A stretch of 64,000 nucleotides of DNA, from the IMG/VR virus record IMGVR_UViG_3300029288_000094. One strand, 5' to 3'. The notes beneath the pieces are model-generated. The model had not been told where the DNA came from. It did not search any database and worked only from the letters and a program-made list of their open reading frames with translations. A program made the translations under genes and the position numbers. The DNA comes from an uncultured virus (IMG/VR IMGVR_UViG_3300029288_000094). Its lineage: Duplodnaviria; Heunggongvirae; Uroviricota; Caudoviricetes. Positions 20,401-30,173 of the stretch are shown one piece after another. The first letter of the stretch is position 1. The number at the start of each line of letters is the position of its first letter.

Positions 20401-22959
20401 GAAGGAATAAGTACAGATAGATTAAATTTAACTTCTTTTAGAGATTGGGCTGATTATTGTGATGAATTAGTTTATGATGAGAATGGTACTTTAGAAAGAA
20501 GACATGAGTTTAATGGTATCTTTGAAGAAGAAACTACTTTATGGGAATCTGCTTTAAAAGTAGCAGAAATGTCAAGAACTTCCTTGATTTGGAACGGTGT
20601 TGAACTTGCTGCTGTTTCAGATAAACTAATAACTTTACCAGATGATGCAGTACAGTTGTTCTCTTCTGGCAATACAGTGGCAGATTCATTTCAAGAAACT
20701 TTCTTACCGATGGAAGAGAGAATAGATGAACTAGAGATTAGTTTCCTCAATAGAGATAAAGATTGGGAAAGAGATACTATCTCAATTTATAACCCTGATT
20801 ATGACAGACCTTCTAATAAAGCATCTATACAGCCTTATGGAATAACAAAGTCTTCACAAGCTTGGAGACATGCTCAGTATTTGATTAATAGAAATAGATA
20901 CTTAAAGAGAACTATAGAATTTGATGTAGACTTGGAAGCTATTGCATGTACAATAGGGGATGTCTTCTACTTTCATAATGATACCCCAAGATGGGGGTTA
21001 GCTGGAGGAAGAGTAGTTTCTTGTAGTGATGATGGTTCTTATTTAGAATTAGACCAGAATATTACTATGACTTCAACTAGTAGTTATGGAGTTATGGTGA
21101 GATTAAATGATGATACATTAGTTACTAAAGATGTTGATAACTTAGTTAGTGATACTGAATTAGTAACAAATGGTTCATTTAGTGCTAATACTGATAACTG
21201 GACAGGACATCATGGTTCTCTGGCAAATATTAGTGGGGGAAAATCGGGAAACTGTCTTGAGCTAATTGACCCTGGCGGTGGAGATCACCCTTATGCACAG
21301 CAAATTTTATCTGTTATAAATGGTAAAACCTATATAGTTTCTGCCTGGGTTAAATCTGGAACAAGCGGAAATGAGAGGGCAAACCTTTCAATATATGAAA
21401 CTGGGCCAGTTCAAATTGCTCATGAAACTATAAATACTTCAAATTCTTGGCAATTTATTTCCCATACATGGACAGCTACAGTAGATACAATAAGGGTAAT
21501 ATTGTACAAAATAACAAATACAGCAGGAACTATGTTATTTGATGAAGTTTCTGTTAGAGAGGTATTAGATGATACTGGGGGAGAAAGTGCTGTAATAGCA
21601 GTAACAGTTCCTTTTACTGATTTACCACAGCAATATGACCCATATTCATTTGGTATAGCAGATTCTGAAGCTAAAGCCTTCAGGATAATAAATATCTCCC
21701 AATCAGCAGACCAGAGAGCTAAGATAACTGCTATTGAGTATGATGCTGATGTGTATGGGGGTGACTTACAATACTCATTAGTGGATGAAGGTAATCCTTG
21801 GGAAGAATTAGACCCTATTAAACCAGTAACTGATTTAATAATCAGACAGGATTTCTTATCTGTTCCTGGAGGTTCAAGGTGGGTAAGAAGACTTGAAATA
21901 TCTTTTGATAGACCTGCTAACTGTACTAATTATAAGTCAGCTAATGTATGGTATAAGGAAGAGAAGGAAGGTTCTGGTGATGCTGGTGAATGGGTATTTT
22001 TTAAAGAAACTCAAGACACTATACTTTATATAGATTCAGTAAAAGAAGGATACAGATATACAGTCTGTGTACTTAGTGTATCTAAGGGTAATGTAGAAGC
22101 TAAATGGAAAGATTCTCCAGTAGCTTCAATAGTGATTTCAAGTGAGCCAGTTAAGAAACAGATTGGAAGTGACAATTTAACTATCTCTGGTTTAACTGTT
22201 TATAATAATCCTAACTCAACTACTTTCTTGGGAAGAGATTGTAAAATTTTATGGAACCCAATTAATGTTTCGGTAGAAGAACGTGTAGCTGGTGGATTTG
22301 TTACAGCTTCTTCGATAGCTGATTATGGAGTTGCACTAAATACAGCTACTACTGATACGGCTACAGCCACTGCAATAATACCCACCACTCAGTCTTTAAG
22401 TGGTACTTTATTGGAGAATGTTATAGCTTCTTCTGCTGATAAAGGTGCTGGTGTTACTTCAGAACAGACTTGGTTTAAAGATTATGAAGTGAAAGTATTC
22501 GACACTTCTGGTAATTTACTTAGAACTGAATATGTTATTGACCCACAATATATCTATACTTATGAGAAGAATTTTGAGGATAATAGTGGTTCTCCTAAAA
22601 GACAATTTGAGATAAGGGTATCAGCAAGAGATATTAACTTAAATGTTACTCCTTTTACTTCTATGACAATGAGCAACCCAATCCCTGCTGCCCCTTCAAT
22701 TACGGTTAGTAGATATAAGGATGATGCTATAATTGATATTTCTCCTGTTTATAATTGGGATAATACACCAATTATTGATACAGATATTGCTGGATATAAA
22801 GTATATGCTTGTATAACAACAACTGCTGTAGGTAGTTGGATAATATCTAATTCTTATTTTATAAATAAAGGGGCAGACACAAGAATAGTTTTAGGAAAAG
22901 TAGGTATTGACACAATACAAGTAGCGGTAGGAGCATATGATGTTTATGGAGAGACTTGA
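17446..22959 (+). CDS. Tail tip / host specificity protein (gpI-like + gpJ-like fusion with inserted binding domains)
   Basis: N-terminal ubiquitin-like region plus hydrophobic segment; IPKIYG, LICLGMGPI, NPAWVCYDLL, FNGIF, ITAIEYD motifs; CBM-like insert LVTNGSFS..SAWVKS..LFDEVSVRE; C-terminal Fn3-like domains. ATG at 17446 preferred over TTG at 17416. Confidence 0.88.
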   Translation: MGSLVPVENKIIKPEEAITLVRVKNPLNPRIDRESKVIDYFGESVLAIKNKYFPIGLPVIVSINGKMIQEHDFDKVFLRHGDYIVFYPTIQGGGGNNMFRAIAFLALAVAVMFVAPWAAAAIGPGMGIVAGTAGMATLTGLIGTGITVVGGLLINAMLPPTTPDQAANSIKTTYSFNPHTTQEQGISIPKIYGQLRTHGNVITAFNYNERKKSTANLLICLGMGPIEYIYDHKLNKQRIGSMKDIEIDTRIGEISQPVIPNFDDTKTENGYSVLISHVKDWKPSTVYGIEEEVAVIDETITTSVVSYKFISNNKGRSGTDFPAGPYTIGQDYTDNAVSWYCDSKYPYQVTTVGNDFDALEIELNFPRGLCAIQDGVQAHKVKYNVEISPTGQNAWLPITRKPQGFVPWSPNLEVYTNDIIASGHGQLFEIVSPDMASGKSVTTGKERPPFPKVPYSACVEDIGGESRKVEYAYIGNGAETSFGSNIATYLNGDTENGYDLSVLNTADTYLYLLIKQNKKKIQGTQFLTYIFPDTKAAVPGCAGKIQYVKTKAGGWSSSIDFSTFDTTEEDLIIKKIGSGKIFREKTINGVKGIWVRLYFATKSASNTPKIAFLKSGDKKEKKDFIVYKSIAHNYGTGTWSAGYQISSSGFLGPNEDRLWVEVKNNNETDYKAHVEGADFDARQYVLETYYSSYDYTNSSVLASILVSAGYKAKYARVQGVKWRYLTGTVYKVDEARIENSASITKATTSPFYHLVKTPPIFPHGQYDVRIERVSGNDPAATSAVSSQMYLTNVREITFDDFSYPRQALVGVKALATDKLSSSLDFSAIVKGLIVKVNRPDEVIGTDGYNYRCISPHTSAEATNKPITGTSYSTYWEQGGNSAVDNNITWTVGTGFTSTYKWVTEYNTNPAWVCYDLLSQPVLGLPSEIKVGTTSFECVISHTASATNKPGEGVNWSLYWQPSGKQGIDTDWALGSAYVARPVHRYEGISTDRLNLTSFRDWADYCDELVYDENGTLERRHEFNGIFEEETTLWESALKVAEMSRTSLIWNGVELAAVSDKLITLPDDAVQLFSSGNTVADSFQETFLPMEERIDELEISFLNRDKDWERDTISIYNPDYDRPSNKASIQPYGITKSSQAWRHAQYLINRNRYLKRTIEFDVDLEAIACTIGDVFYFHNDTPRWGLAGGRVVSCSDDGSYLELDQNITMTSTSSYGVMVRLNDDTLVTKDVDNLVSDTELVTNGSFSANTDNWTGHHGSLANISGGKSGNCLELIDPGGGDHPYAQQILSVINGKTYIVSAWVKSGTSGNERANLSIYETGPVQIAHETINTSNSWQFISHTWTATVDTIRVILYKITNTAGTMLFDEVSVREVLDDTGGESAVIAVTVPFTDLPQQYDPYSFGIADSEAKAFRIINISQSADQRAKITAIEYDADVYGGDLQYSLVDEGNPWEELDPIKPVTDLIIRQDFLSVPGGSRWVRRLEISFDRPANCTNYKSANVWYKEEKEGSGDAGEWVFFKETQDTILYIDSVKEGYRYTVCVLSVSKGNVEAKWKDSPVASIVISSEPVKKQIGSDNLTISGLTVYNNPNSTTFLGRDCKILWNPINVSVEERVAGGFVTASSIADYGVALNTATTDTATATAIIPTTQSLSGTLLENVIASSADKGAGVTSEQTWFKDYEVKVFDTSGNLLRTEYVIDPQYIYTYEKNFEDNSGSPKRQFEIRVSARDINLNVTPFTSMTMSNPIPAAPSITVSRYKDDAIIDISPVYNWDNTPIIDTDIAGYKVYACITTTAVGSWIISNSYFINKGADTRIVLGKVGIDTIQVAVGAYDVYGET

Positions 22960-22961
22960 TT

Positions 22962-23837
22962 ATGAAAAAACTTCTAATATTTATTTTAGCAATATTTATT
23001 TGTTGTATTGCTGGGGAAGTTTTATCAAAAAACAAAAAGGTGAGCAAGAAAATGAATTATACTTATGGAACTAAAACTTTTACTACTCCAGAAGCATATT
23101 CAATTCCAAGTAGTTATTTTTTAGACCTTAGAGCAGAAAATACTTCTACACATGAATGTAGACTTACTGCTGATTGGCTTATTTTACATGATAATTCTAC
23201 TCCATGGAAAACCATTAGTTTGACAACTGTAGATGAGACTAATGATATAGAAACAGTTGGTGTTGGCGGAAGAGATCAAGCTAGTTCTTTTTCTGCTAAT
23301 GTTTGGATTTACTATTATATTATTTATAATCCAACATCAGGGGAAGTATCAAGTTTATCTAGTTTAAGTTCTACATCACCAACACTCCCTACTGGATTTA
23401 TTTATTTTTTACGAGTTAGGTCTGATTTTACTATTGATATTGCAGGAAGTGATCCTTTAGATACAGCTAATACTCAATTAGGAGATAAACATTGGAAAAG
23501 AACTGATGTAAAATTAAATGAAGCTCCTACTGCCACAAATTCTTGGCAGGAAATAGATTTATCTTCTGCTGTTCCCCCAACAGCAAAATCTATATTTGGT
23601 TATATTGGAAATACAACTGCTGTATCTGCTGTGCAATATTTAGGTGTAGCTAAAGATATAGCTAGTAGGCAATTTTATATAACAACTATACAAATTACTG
23701 CCTTAAAAAGTAATGTGGCAGCTAATACTTTATTTTTTGATATTCAACTTACTACCCCACAACAGATGGCTTGGATTGCTTCTACAACAGACACAGTGTT
23801 TGCTGTTTATTCTAAAGGGTATATAGACGATTTATAA
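22962..23837 (+). CDS. Tail-fibre-like protein with N-terminal signal peptide
   Basis: MKKLLIFILAIFICCIAGEVLS leader; GVGGRDQ..ANVWIYYYII..PTLPTGF and IDLSSAVPPTAK resemble phage fibre domains. Confidence 0.6.
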   Translation: MKKLLIFILAIFICCIAGEVLSKNKKVSKKMNYTYGTKTFTTPEAYSIPSSYFLDLRAENTSTHECRLTADWLILHDNSTPWKTISLTTVDETNDIETVGVGGRDQASSFSANVWIYYYIIYNPTSGEVSSLSSLSSTSPTLPTGFIYFLRVRSDFTIDIAGSDPLDTANTQLGDKHWKRTDVKLNEAPTATNSWQEIDLSSAVPPTAKSIFGYIGNTTAVSAVQYLGVAKDIASRQFYITTIQITALKSNVAANTLFFDIQLTTPQQMAWIASTTDTVFAVYSKGYIDDL

Positions 23838-24616
23838 TGATATACACAACAGGTACAGTTACAGCATTAATAGGAACTACAACAGTAATAGGAACTAATA
23901 CTACGTGGAAATCTAACCTTGCAATAGGAGATTTTATAAAGTTTGACACCTATACTGCTGTGTATAATATTTCCTACGTGCATTCAGATACTTGTGTAAG
24001 TTTAGATAAGAACTATAATGAAGCATCTAACATTTCAGGAGGTACTTATAAAGCTGGAAAACATTTTACACCAAATAAATTATATAGAGAAATATGGGCA
24101 GGGGATAAAAACTGGCCTTACAGTTTAAGAGAATCACTAAAGTCTATAGACGGTCATTTACACACAGGAACTGCTGCTACTGGCTTATACTGGGAAAATC
24201 AATTATCTGACAGGCACAGTCACGGTGTAAAGATTTACACTACAGCATTAGATGATTTCTCATATGGAGATTTAGGTAGGTGGGTGTTGTATAGCACAGA
24301 TAATGATACACCTACAGCAATAGGTATAGAACTTAATACTGCTACTACAGAAACATACTCCCAAATAACATCTTCTATGTTTGTGGGAGACCAGAGATTA
24401 GAAACTAATGGTGTTGGTACTTTCTTACTGTATGGAATAGTAAGAAATTCTTCTTGGGCATTTGATAAAGCTAATCAACCTGTGTATATGGCTCCAGATT
24501 ATGAACTTACACAGACAGCACTTACTGGAGGGTATTATCAACAGTGTGTAGGAGTAGCTTTAGACAATGATACATTATTTTTTAAACCAGAATTATATTT
24601 GAAGGAGACTAGTTAG
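23837..24616 (+). CDS. Tail fibre-like protein (paralog 1)
   Basis: YTTGTVT..TTVIGTNTTW fibre N-terminus. Confidence 0.65.
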   Translation: MIYTTGTVTALIGTTTVIGTNTTWKSNLAIGDFIKFDTYTAVYNISYVHSDTCVSLDKNYNEASNISGGTYKAGKHFTPNKLYREIWAGDKNWPYSLRESLKSIDGHLHTGTAATGLYWENQLSDRHSHGVKIYTTALDDFSYGDLGRWVLYSTDNDTPTAIGIELNTATTETYSQITSSMFVGDQRLETNGVGTFLLYGIVRNSSWAFDKANQPVYMAPDYELTQTALTGGYYQQCVGVALDNDTLFFKPELYLKETS

Positions 24617-25351
24617 ATGCAGTATAGAACTGGGACAATAAGTGTTACAAATGGAACTATTACTGTTATTGGGAATAGCACTAACTGGGATTCTGATTAT
24701 ATTTCAGCAGGTGATACATTAAAAGTAGAAGGTATCAATGCTATATTCACCATTGAATCAGTGCTTTCCACTACAGCAATACAATTAAATACCCCTTATC
24801 CTGGAGAAAGTGATGATGGTCTAAACTATCAGATTCATAGAGATTTCACTTCCAATTTCAGGATTCCAGAAATCAATGAAGGTGATAGGGACTGGCCTTT
24901 CTATGTTACAAGAGGTTTAAGGATTATAGATGAAGTTGCTGCTGGTGGTACATTAACAGCATCACTTTATGAGACTACTGATTTAGAACATCAGGAATAT
25001 AGTGGAATAACAGCAAGAATGTATGATAACAATAACAATGCTTTTGGTAAATTACTTACTGGTGCTGGTGCAGTTGCTTCTTCTTCCGCCACTACCTCAC
25101 TCCCAGCTACTCACATGACTATTTCAGCTAACACTCCTGCTGGATGGTACACTTGCTTGATTCAAGGTTTTGTAAGGAATGCTGCTTGGAACTTTGCTGA
25201 GTCTAAACTTGGTTTTCCGATTTATGCTACTACTAGTGGGAACATGACTACTACTGCTATTGCTGTTGGTTCTTATGAGCAAATTGTGGGTATTGTGGTT
25301 ACAACCAATACAGTATATTTTAACCCTAGTCCTAATTACAAGGAGAAATAA
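24617..25351 (+). CDS. Tail fibre-like protein (paralog 2)
   Basis: YRTGTISVTNG..TVIGNSTNW; similar to the upstream gene at both ends. Confidence 0.65.
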   Translation: MQYRTGTISVTNGTITVIGNSTNWDSDYISAGDTLKVEGINAIFTIESVLSTTAIQLNTPYPGESDDGLNYQIHRDFTSNFRIPEINEGDRDWPFYVTRGLRIIDEVAAGGTLTASLYETTDLEHQEYSGITARMYDNNNNAFGKLLTGAGAVASSSATTSLPATHMTISANTPAGWYTCLIQGFVRNAAWNFAESKLGFPIYATTSGNMTTTAIAVGSYEQIVGIVVTTNTVYFNPSPNYKEK

Positions 25352-26598
25352 TGAAAAAACTAATACTACTTCTATCAATATTTATATTTTTGATAGTGGC
25401 ATTTCCTGCTGAGTCAGCAAATCTATATTGGAGAAACTGCTTAACTGGTGGTGGAGACTGTTTAGATGGTATAGATGGGGCTAGTTTAGCTGATGGTGAT
25501 GGTGCATTTGTAATTAGGGATAATTCAGGTACTTATGAAGGGTATATGTATAGACTTGAAGATACAGCAGAAACAGAATCTTCTCCTAATGTAATTTCTC
25601 CTGATAGTAATGCTGGTGATAAGAGATGGAGATTAGTTAATATTCATGCGATAGGATTTACTGGGCCATTAACTGGAGCAGTAACTGGAAATGCTGATAC
25701 TGCTACCGCTTTAGCTGCCAACCCTTCTGCCTGTAGTGCGGGACAATATGTTTCGGACATAGCAGCAGACGGTACGCTGACCTGTGCTAATCCTTTAGAT
25801 ACCCCTACCTTCATCCTTGCCGATGATTCTACGCTGACGTTCCCGGCTGCTGCAGTTGATGCAGGTTGGACAACAGGACTATTAGGGTGTGGGCCTGACG
25901 GAACTTGCATGTGGACAAACCTTGCCGATATTGATTCTACTATTCCCGTATCAGGTGAAATCACCGATGAGCAAGTTGCCTGTTGGGAAACATCGGAAAC
26001 TCCTGGAACAAATAAGCTCAAGTCATGTGGGGCGAAGACAACGGATAATTCGACAGCCACTCACCTTCTCTGCAAAGATGATTCGGGAGAGATTGAAAAC
26101 TGTACCCTTGCCGGACTTGCCATATCAGGAACCACCTCTCCCACAATAACCGTTGAGGCTGTACCATCCAATGCCACGGTAAACGCAGCAGGGGAAGTGA
26201 CTATTGATACCACGACAGACCAAATCAGATGGTACGGAACAGCACAACAGCAACTAAGCCCGAAACTTACCCTTTCAGTTGTCGTGCCTTCGGTTGCTGA
26301 TACTGATGACATGCTGATAATGAAAGCACCCTATGGCATGACGATAACAGCACTTGACTGTATTGTGAGTGCTGCTACCTCTGCAACCATTAATATTCAG
26401 GAATGCGACAGCGCAGGGGCAAACTGTGTTGATACTGCGACCTCCGACCTTGCCTGTGACACGGACGGGGCGAACACGACAACCCTTAACAATGCAGCAG
26501 TCGATAGCGGTGATTGGCTAAAGCTGGATGTGGCGAGCATAAGCGGGACACCAGGTACTCTGACCGTGACCGTAACCTATACCATTGTGGCTGACTGA
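25351..26598 (+). CDS. Cys-rich fibre-like protein with signal peptide
   Basis: MKKLILLLSIFIFLIVAFPAESA leader; LTGG..LDGIDG...SPNVISPD.NAG.KRWRL fibre N-domain; many Cys. Confidence 0.65.
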   Translation: MKKLILLLSIFIFLIVAFPAESANLYWRNCLTGGGDCLDGIDGASLADGDGAFVIRDNSGTYEGYMYRLEDTAETESSPNVISPDSNAGDKRWRLVNIHAIGFTGPLTGAVTGNADTATALAANPSACSAGQYVSDIAADGTLTCANPLDTPTFILADDSTLTFPAAAVDAGWTTGLLGCGPDGTCMWTNLADIDSTIPVSGEITDEQVACWETSETPGTNKLKSCGAKTTDNSTATHLLCKDDSGEIENCTLAGLAISGTTSPTITVEAVPSNATVNAAGEVTIDTTTDQIRWYGTAQQQLSPKLTLSVVVPSVADTDDMLIMKAPYGMTITALDCIVSAATSATINIQECDSAGANCVDTATSDLACDTDGANTTTLNNAAVDSGDWLKLDVASISGTPGTLTVTVTYTIVAD

Positions 26599-27191
26599 TG
26601 AGAAAGATAATTTACATAATACTTTTATTATTTATCGCAACCCCGTTATTCGGGCAATCAACGGTTATTGTTGCGAAGAAAAAAGCTGCCTGTACCTACA
26701 CCTCTAAAAACGCTCAGACTGGAACAGGGGCAAATTTAGACTATACTTCTGCTGGATCAGCTAATAAAGCCGTTTCTTTTGTCGCTAATGGCACATACTC
26801 TCCGAGAAGGTTGACTGCTTCATTAAAGAAAACGGGTAGCCCTACTGTTACCATGCAGTTTATTATTCGACAGGATGCAGGGGAAAGCACATCACGGACA
26901 GAGCCAGGAACCATAGTAATATCAATAGCAGCAACCCTTGACTCCTCAACCCTCACAACGAGTTATGCTGATTACAATATTGATATAACGGCGTTGGAAA
27001 CTGCATCACTCACAAACGGTAATGTGTACTGGCTTCAGATTTATGGTGGGAATAGTGCTTTAAACTACGTTCAATGGCAGTATAGCACATCAGGAGATGA
27101 GGAAGAAAATTATACAACAGCACCACCGACTACGTGGACGGAATACGATACATCTGTAACAGGAAATTTTACGATATGGAGCTGCGAATGA
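26598..27191 (+). CDS. Secreted beta-sandwich protein
   Basis: Signal peptide MRKIIYIILLLFIATPLFG; LKKTGSPT..LTTSYA..LTNGNVYWL. Confidence 0.6.
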   Translation: MRKIIYIILLLFIATPLFGQSTVIVAKKKAACTYTSKNAQTGTGANLDYTSAGSANKAVSFVANGTYSPRRLTASLKKTGSPTVTMQFIIRQDAGESTSRTEPGTIVISIAATLDSSTLTTSYADYNIDITALETASLTNGNVYWLQIYGGNSALNYVQWQYSTSGDEEENYTTAPPTTWTEYDTSVTGNFTIWSCE

Positions 27192-30163
27192 AGAAGCTAT
27201 TCTTTGTAATTATAATATTTTTTGCATCAATAAATATCTCCTACGGGGCTGTCTCATGGTCAGGAAATACCTGTACCATCACGGGTGACGCTACCGTAGC
27301 TCAGATAAATGACTGTCTGACAGGCGCATCAAACGGAATTGTCGCACAGGGGAAGACAGGAGAGATAACCGTTGTCCTTCCTGCCGACACAGAAACATGG
27401 TCATCATCGCTTGTTATTAACATGACCAATGCAACATATATCAATGTAACTAAACTGACCATCCAAGGGGCAGGGACGATACCGACAGGAAGCACGAAGG
27501 GTAGTGCATCATCGGGGGGGACGACAATAACATTAGATGCTCCCACTGCAATAAGAGCAGTAATATATACGGGGTCTACGAGTAAAAAATTCAGATTAAG
27601 TAATATTTCCTGGTCAGTTCCTACTGCGGGTAACGATTTATATTTAATAAACGTACTTGGAACTACTTTGGCAAGTGGTGGTGGTGGATTCCGTATAGAC
27701 CATAACACATTTAACACTGTTCATCGAGGAAGGGTTATTTATATAGAAAGTCGGGCATATGGTGTTATAGACCACAACTACTATCGTGGGACGCTATCAG
27801 GTAGTTTTTTTGGAATGTTTGCATCAGTGGGGGAAGGATATCATGCTGCTGCAAATAATAGTTGGTATCGCGGGATTAATGTAAATTCAATAGATCAAGT
27901 ATTTATGGAAGATAACGATATAGGGGGAACATCTACCTCTACTGCAACATTCGTTTCAGATTGTGTCAATGGTGGGAGGATAGTCCTGAGAAAAAACAGG
28001 ATTCAGAATATGTATATAGGAGGGCATGGAGCTGATAGTGTTACCCGTTCATGCTTATCGTATGTTGTGTATGACAATGATATTTATTTTACAAATATCA
28101 GCATAGGTGGTGCGAACCCTGTTTTTGATTTGCGGGATGGAACGGTCATAGCCTATGATAACACCATTACAGAGACACGAAGTGGTGTGCCTGTAACTAA
28201 CTCAATGTGGTTTTCTGGCGGGATACTGATTCGTAATTATCGGTCAGCGTTTGGTATTTGCGCTAGCTACCCTGAATATTATAATCATGGTAACTTTCCT
28301 CTTGACTGCGATGGTTCCACTGATTCATTGGCATTAAAACGATGCTTTGGTTCTACATCATCACCAACTTCTCCAACATCATGCAGCACCGATGCTGATT
28401 GCGGTGGAGAATCAGGGGCGTGTCATGCTGTTGATAATGGCAACCTTGCATCTACTGGCTACCCTTGCCGTGACCAAATGGGAATAACCAGCACGGGAGG
28501 TACGGGGGATAATCAGTTTACTCCCTATCCATCTTTGTTTGCGAATAACAAGCGTAACGGAGCAGACTTAACACCAGTAGCGGTATCGTATGATATAGGT
28601 CAATGTTCGGGAACGGCAACTCTTAACGATGACCATATCCAGAATAACCGTGACTATTGTTATCATTCAACTACCCTTCCCGCAACGTGCAACAGTATAG
28701 CCACAACCTATGTTGAATTTACCTATCCTCACCCGCTCACAGGAGTAGACCCAACCGACACCGAAGACCCCGTATTGGTAAGCGTTATGGTTTCAGGGCA
28801 ACAGGCGTGTCCGACCAATCCTTCTAACGTGGTTATCTCTCTGGGTGCTACCGACAACGTAGCGGTAACGGGGGTAAGATGCTGTCTGAATGATGGTGTG
28901 ACCTGTATCCCTGCAACGGAATATGACGATATGGATGTTGTTTTGACTAACACAAGTGGAATTACATGGGGAACAACGGTATCCTCTGCCTGTGATAGCT
29001 ACATCACCTATAATTGCAGGGCTACCGATGCAGCAGGAAACTTCTCAAACGATGCGGTAATCGCCTACGCTATGGCAGACAATGAAGACACTGATGCACC
29101 TACCATGTCAACTCAGGCGATAGGGGCAGACGGACGTACGGTAACATTCACCTTTTCTGAGGCCGTCACAATAGGAACAGGCGGGAGTACAGGGTTTACG
29201 CTGACCAATGGCGACAGCGAGGAAATAGGGTTAACCTATGTCAGTGGTTCTGCTTCCACCTCCCTTGTCTATCAATCATCGGTTTGTATCCCTTCCACCG
29301 ACACCTTCACGGCAGGGCTGGTTTACACTCAGCCTGCCAATGGTATCGAAGACATGGCAGGGAACGACCTTGCATCCTTTACAGGGGCAGGGGCTAAAAC
29401 CGTGACCAACGGGAGTACACAGTCATGCGATCTCGCTACCAGTCTCTTTGAACATGGCGAATCAGCACCTTCGGGGAGTACAAACGTAAGCGGAAATGCT
29501 GTCAACCTTGGAGTAAAGTTCCAGACCTCAACGGCTGGTACAATGACCCATTGCTGGTTCTACAAAATCGCTGCCGATACAGGAACGCACACTTGTACAG
29601 TTTATAGGGTACTCGATGGTTCGACAGTCGGCACAGTTGATTTTGCAGACGAGACAGAATCAGGCTGGCAGGACCAGGCGTTTGCATCAGCCCTTAACAT
29701 AGCAGCCAATGAGGACTATATCGTCACCGTATCTCATCCTACGGGCAACTGGACATCGAATGTTGATTACTTTGCCTCGACCTACACCAACGGAAACCTA
29801 ACCGCTACCACGGAAGGGACGGACTATGCGGGGAGATACGTTTACGGGGCAAGCATGGCTTATCCTACCAACGATTCACCGAGAAATTACTGGGTAGACT
29901 TTACCATGTCCTATGCCGGGGTAGGCGGACCGTGGCAATGCACAGTATCACGGACCGGTGATGGATGTATGATAACAGGGAGTCAGGTGGTAGAGGACGG
30001 CAATACCTGTTCGGCAACGGTTACCTTGCGGAACGGCTGGAAAGCTACATGGGGCGGTACGTGCCCTGCGGGGAGTGAATCAGGAGGGATATACACGACA
30101 GGGAATTTATCGGCGGACTGTACCCTAACTGCAGCCTGTACGGAGCAGAATATTTTACCATAG
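27188..30163 (+). CDS. Large secreted adhesin-like protein: beta-helix + Ig-like + DUF4082-like domain
   Basis: ATG 27188 overlaps the upstream TGA; signal peptide; RIDHNTF/GVIDHN beta-helix; DTEDP/DTDAP Ig starts; NLGVKFQ..FYK..GWQ..NYWVD DUF4082-like. Confidence 0.7.
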   Translation: MKKLFFVIIIFFASINISYGAVSWSGNTCTITGDATVAQINDCLTGASNGIVAQGKTGEITVVLPADTETWSSSLVINMTNATYINVTKLTIQGAGTIPTGSTKGSASSGGTTITLDAPTAIRAVIYTGSTSKKFRLSNISWSVPTAGNDLYLINVLGTTLASGGGGFRIDHNTFNTVHRGRVIYIESRAYGVIDHNYYRGTLSGSFFGMFASVGEGYHAAANNSWYRGINVNSIDQVFMEDNDIGGTSTSTATFVSDCVNGGRIVLRKNRIQNMYIGGHGADSVTRSCLSYVVYDNDIYFTNISIGGANPVFDLRDGTVIAYDNTITETRSGVPVTNSMWFSGGILIRNYRSAFGICASYPEYYNHGNFPLDCDGSTDSLALKRCFGSTSSPTSPTSCSTDADCGGESGACHAVDNGNLASTGYPCRDQMGITSTGGTGDNQFTPYPSLFANNKRNGADLTPVAVSYDIGQCSGTATLNDDHIQNNRDYCYHSTTLPATCNSIATTYVEFTYPHPLTGVDPTDTEDPVLVSVMVSGQQACPTNPSNVVISLGATDNVAVTGVRCCLNDGVTCIPATEYDDMDVVLTNTSGITWGTTVSSACDSYITYNCRATDAAGNFSNDAVIAYAMADNEDTDAPTMSTQAIGADGRTVTFTFSEAVTIGTGGSTGFTLTNGDSEEIGLTYVSGSASTSLVYQSSVCIPSTDTFTAGLVYTQPANGIEDMAGNDLASFTGAGAKTVTNGSTQSCDLATSLFEHGESAPSGSTNVSGNAVNLGVKFQTSTAGTMTHCWFYKIAADTGTHTCTVYRVLDGSTVGTVDFADETESGWQDQAFASALNIAANEDYIVTVSHPTGNWTSNVDYFASTYTNGNLTATTEGTDYAGRYVYGASMAYPTNDSPRNYWVDFTMSYAGVGGPWQCTVSRTGDGCMITGSQVVEDGNTCSATVTLRNGWKATWGGTCPAGSESGGIYTTGNLSADCTLTAACTEQNILP

Positions 30164-30173
30164 CGGAGGACGG

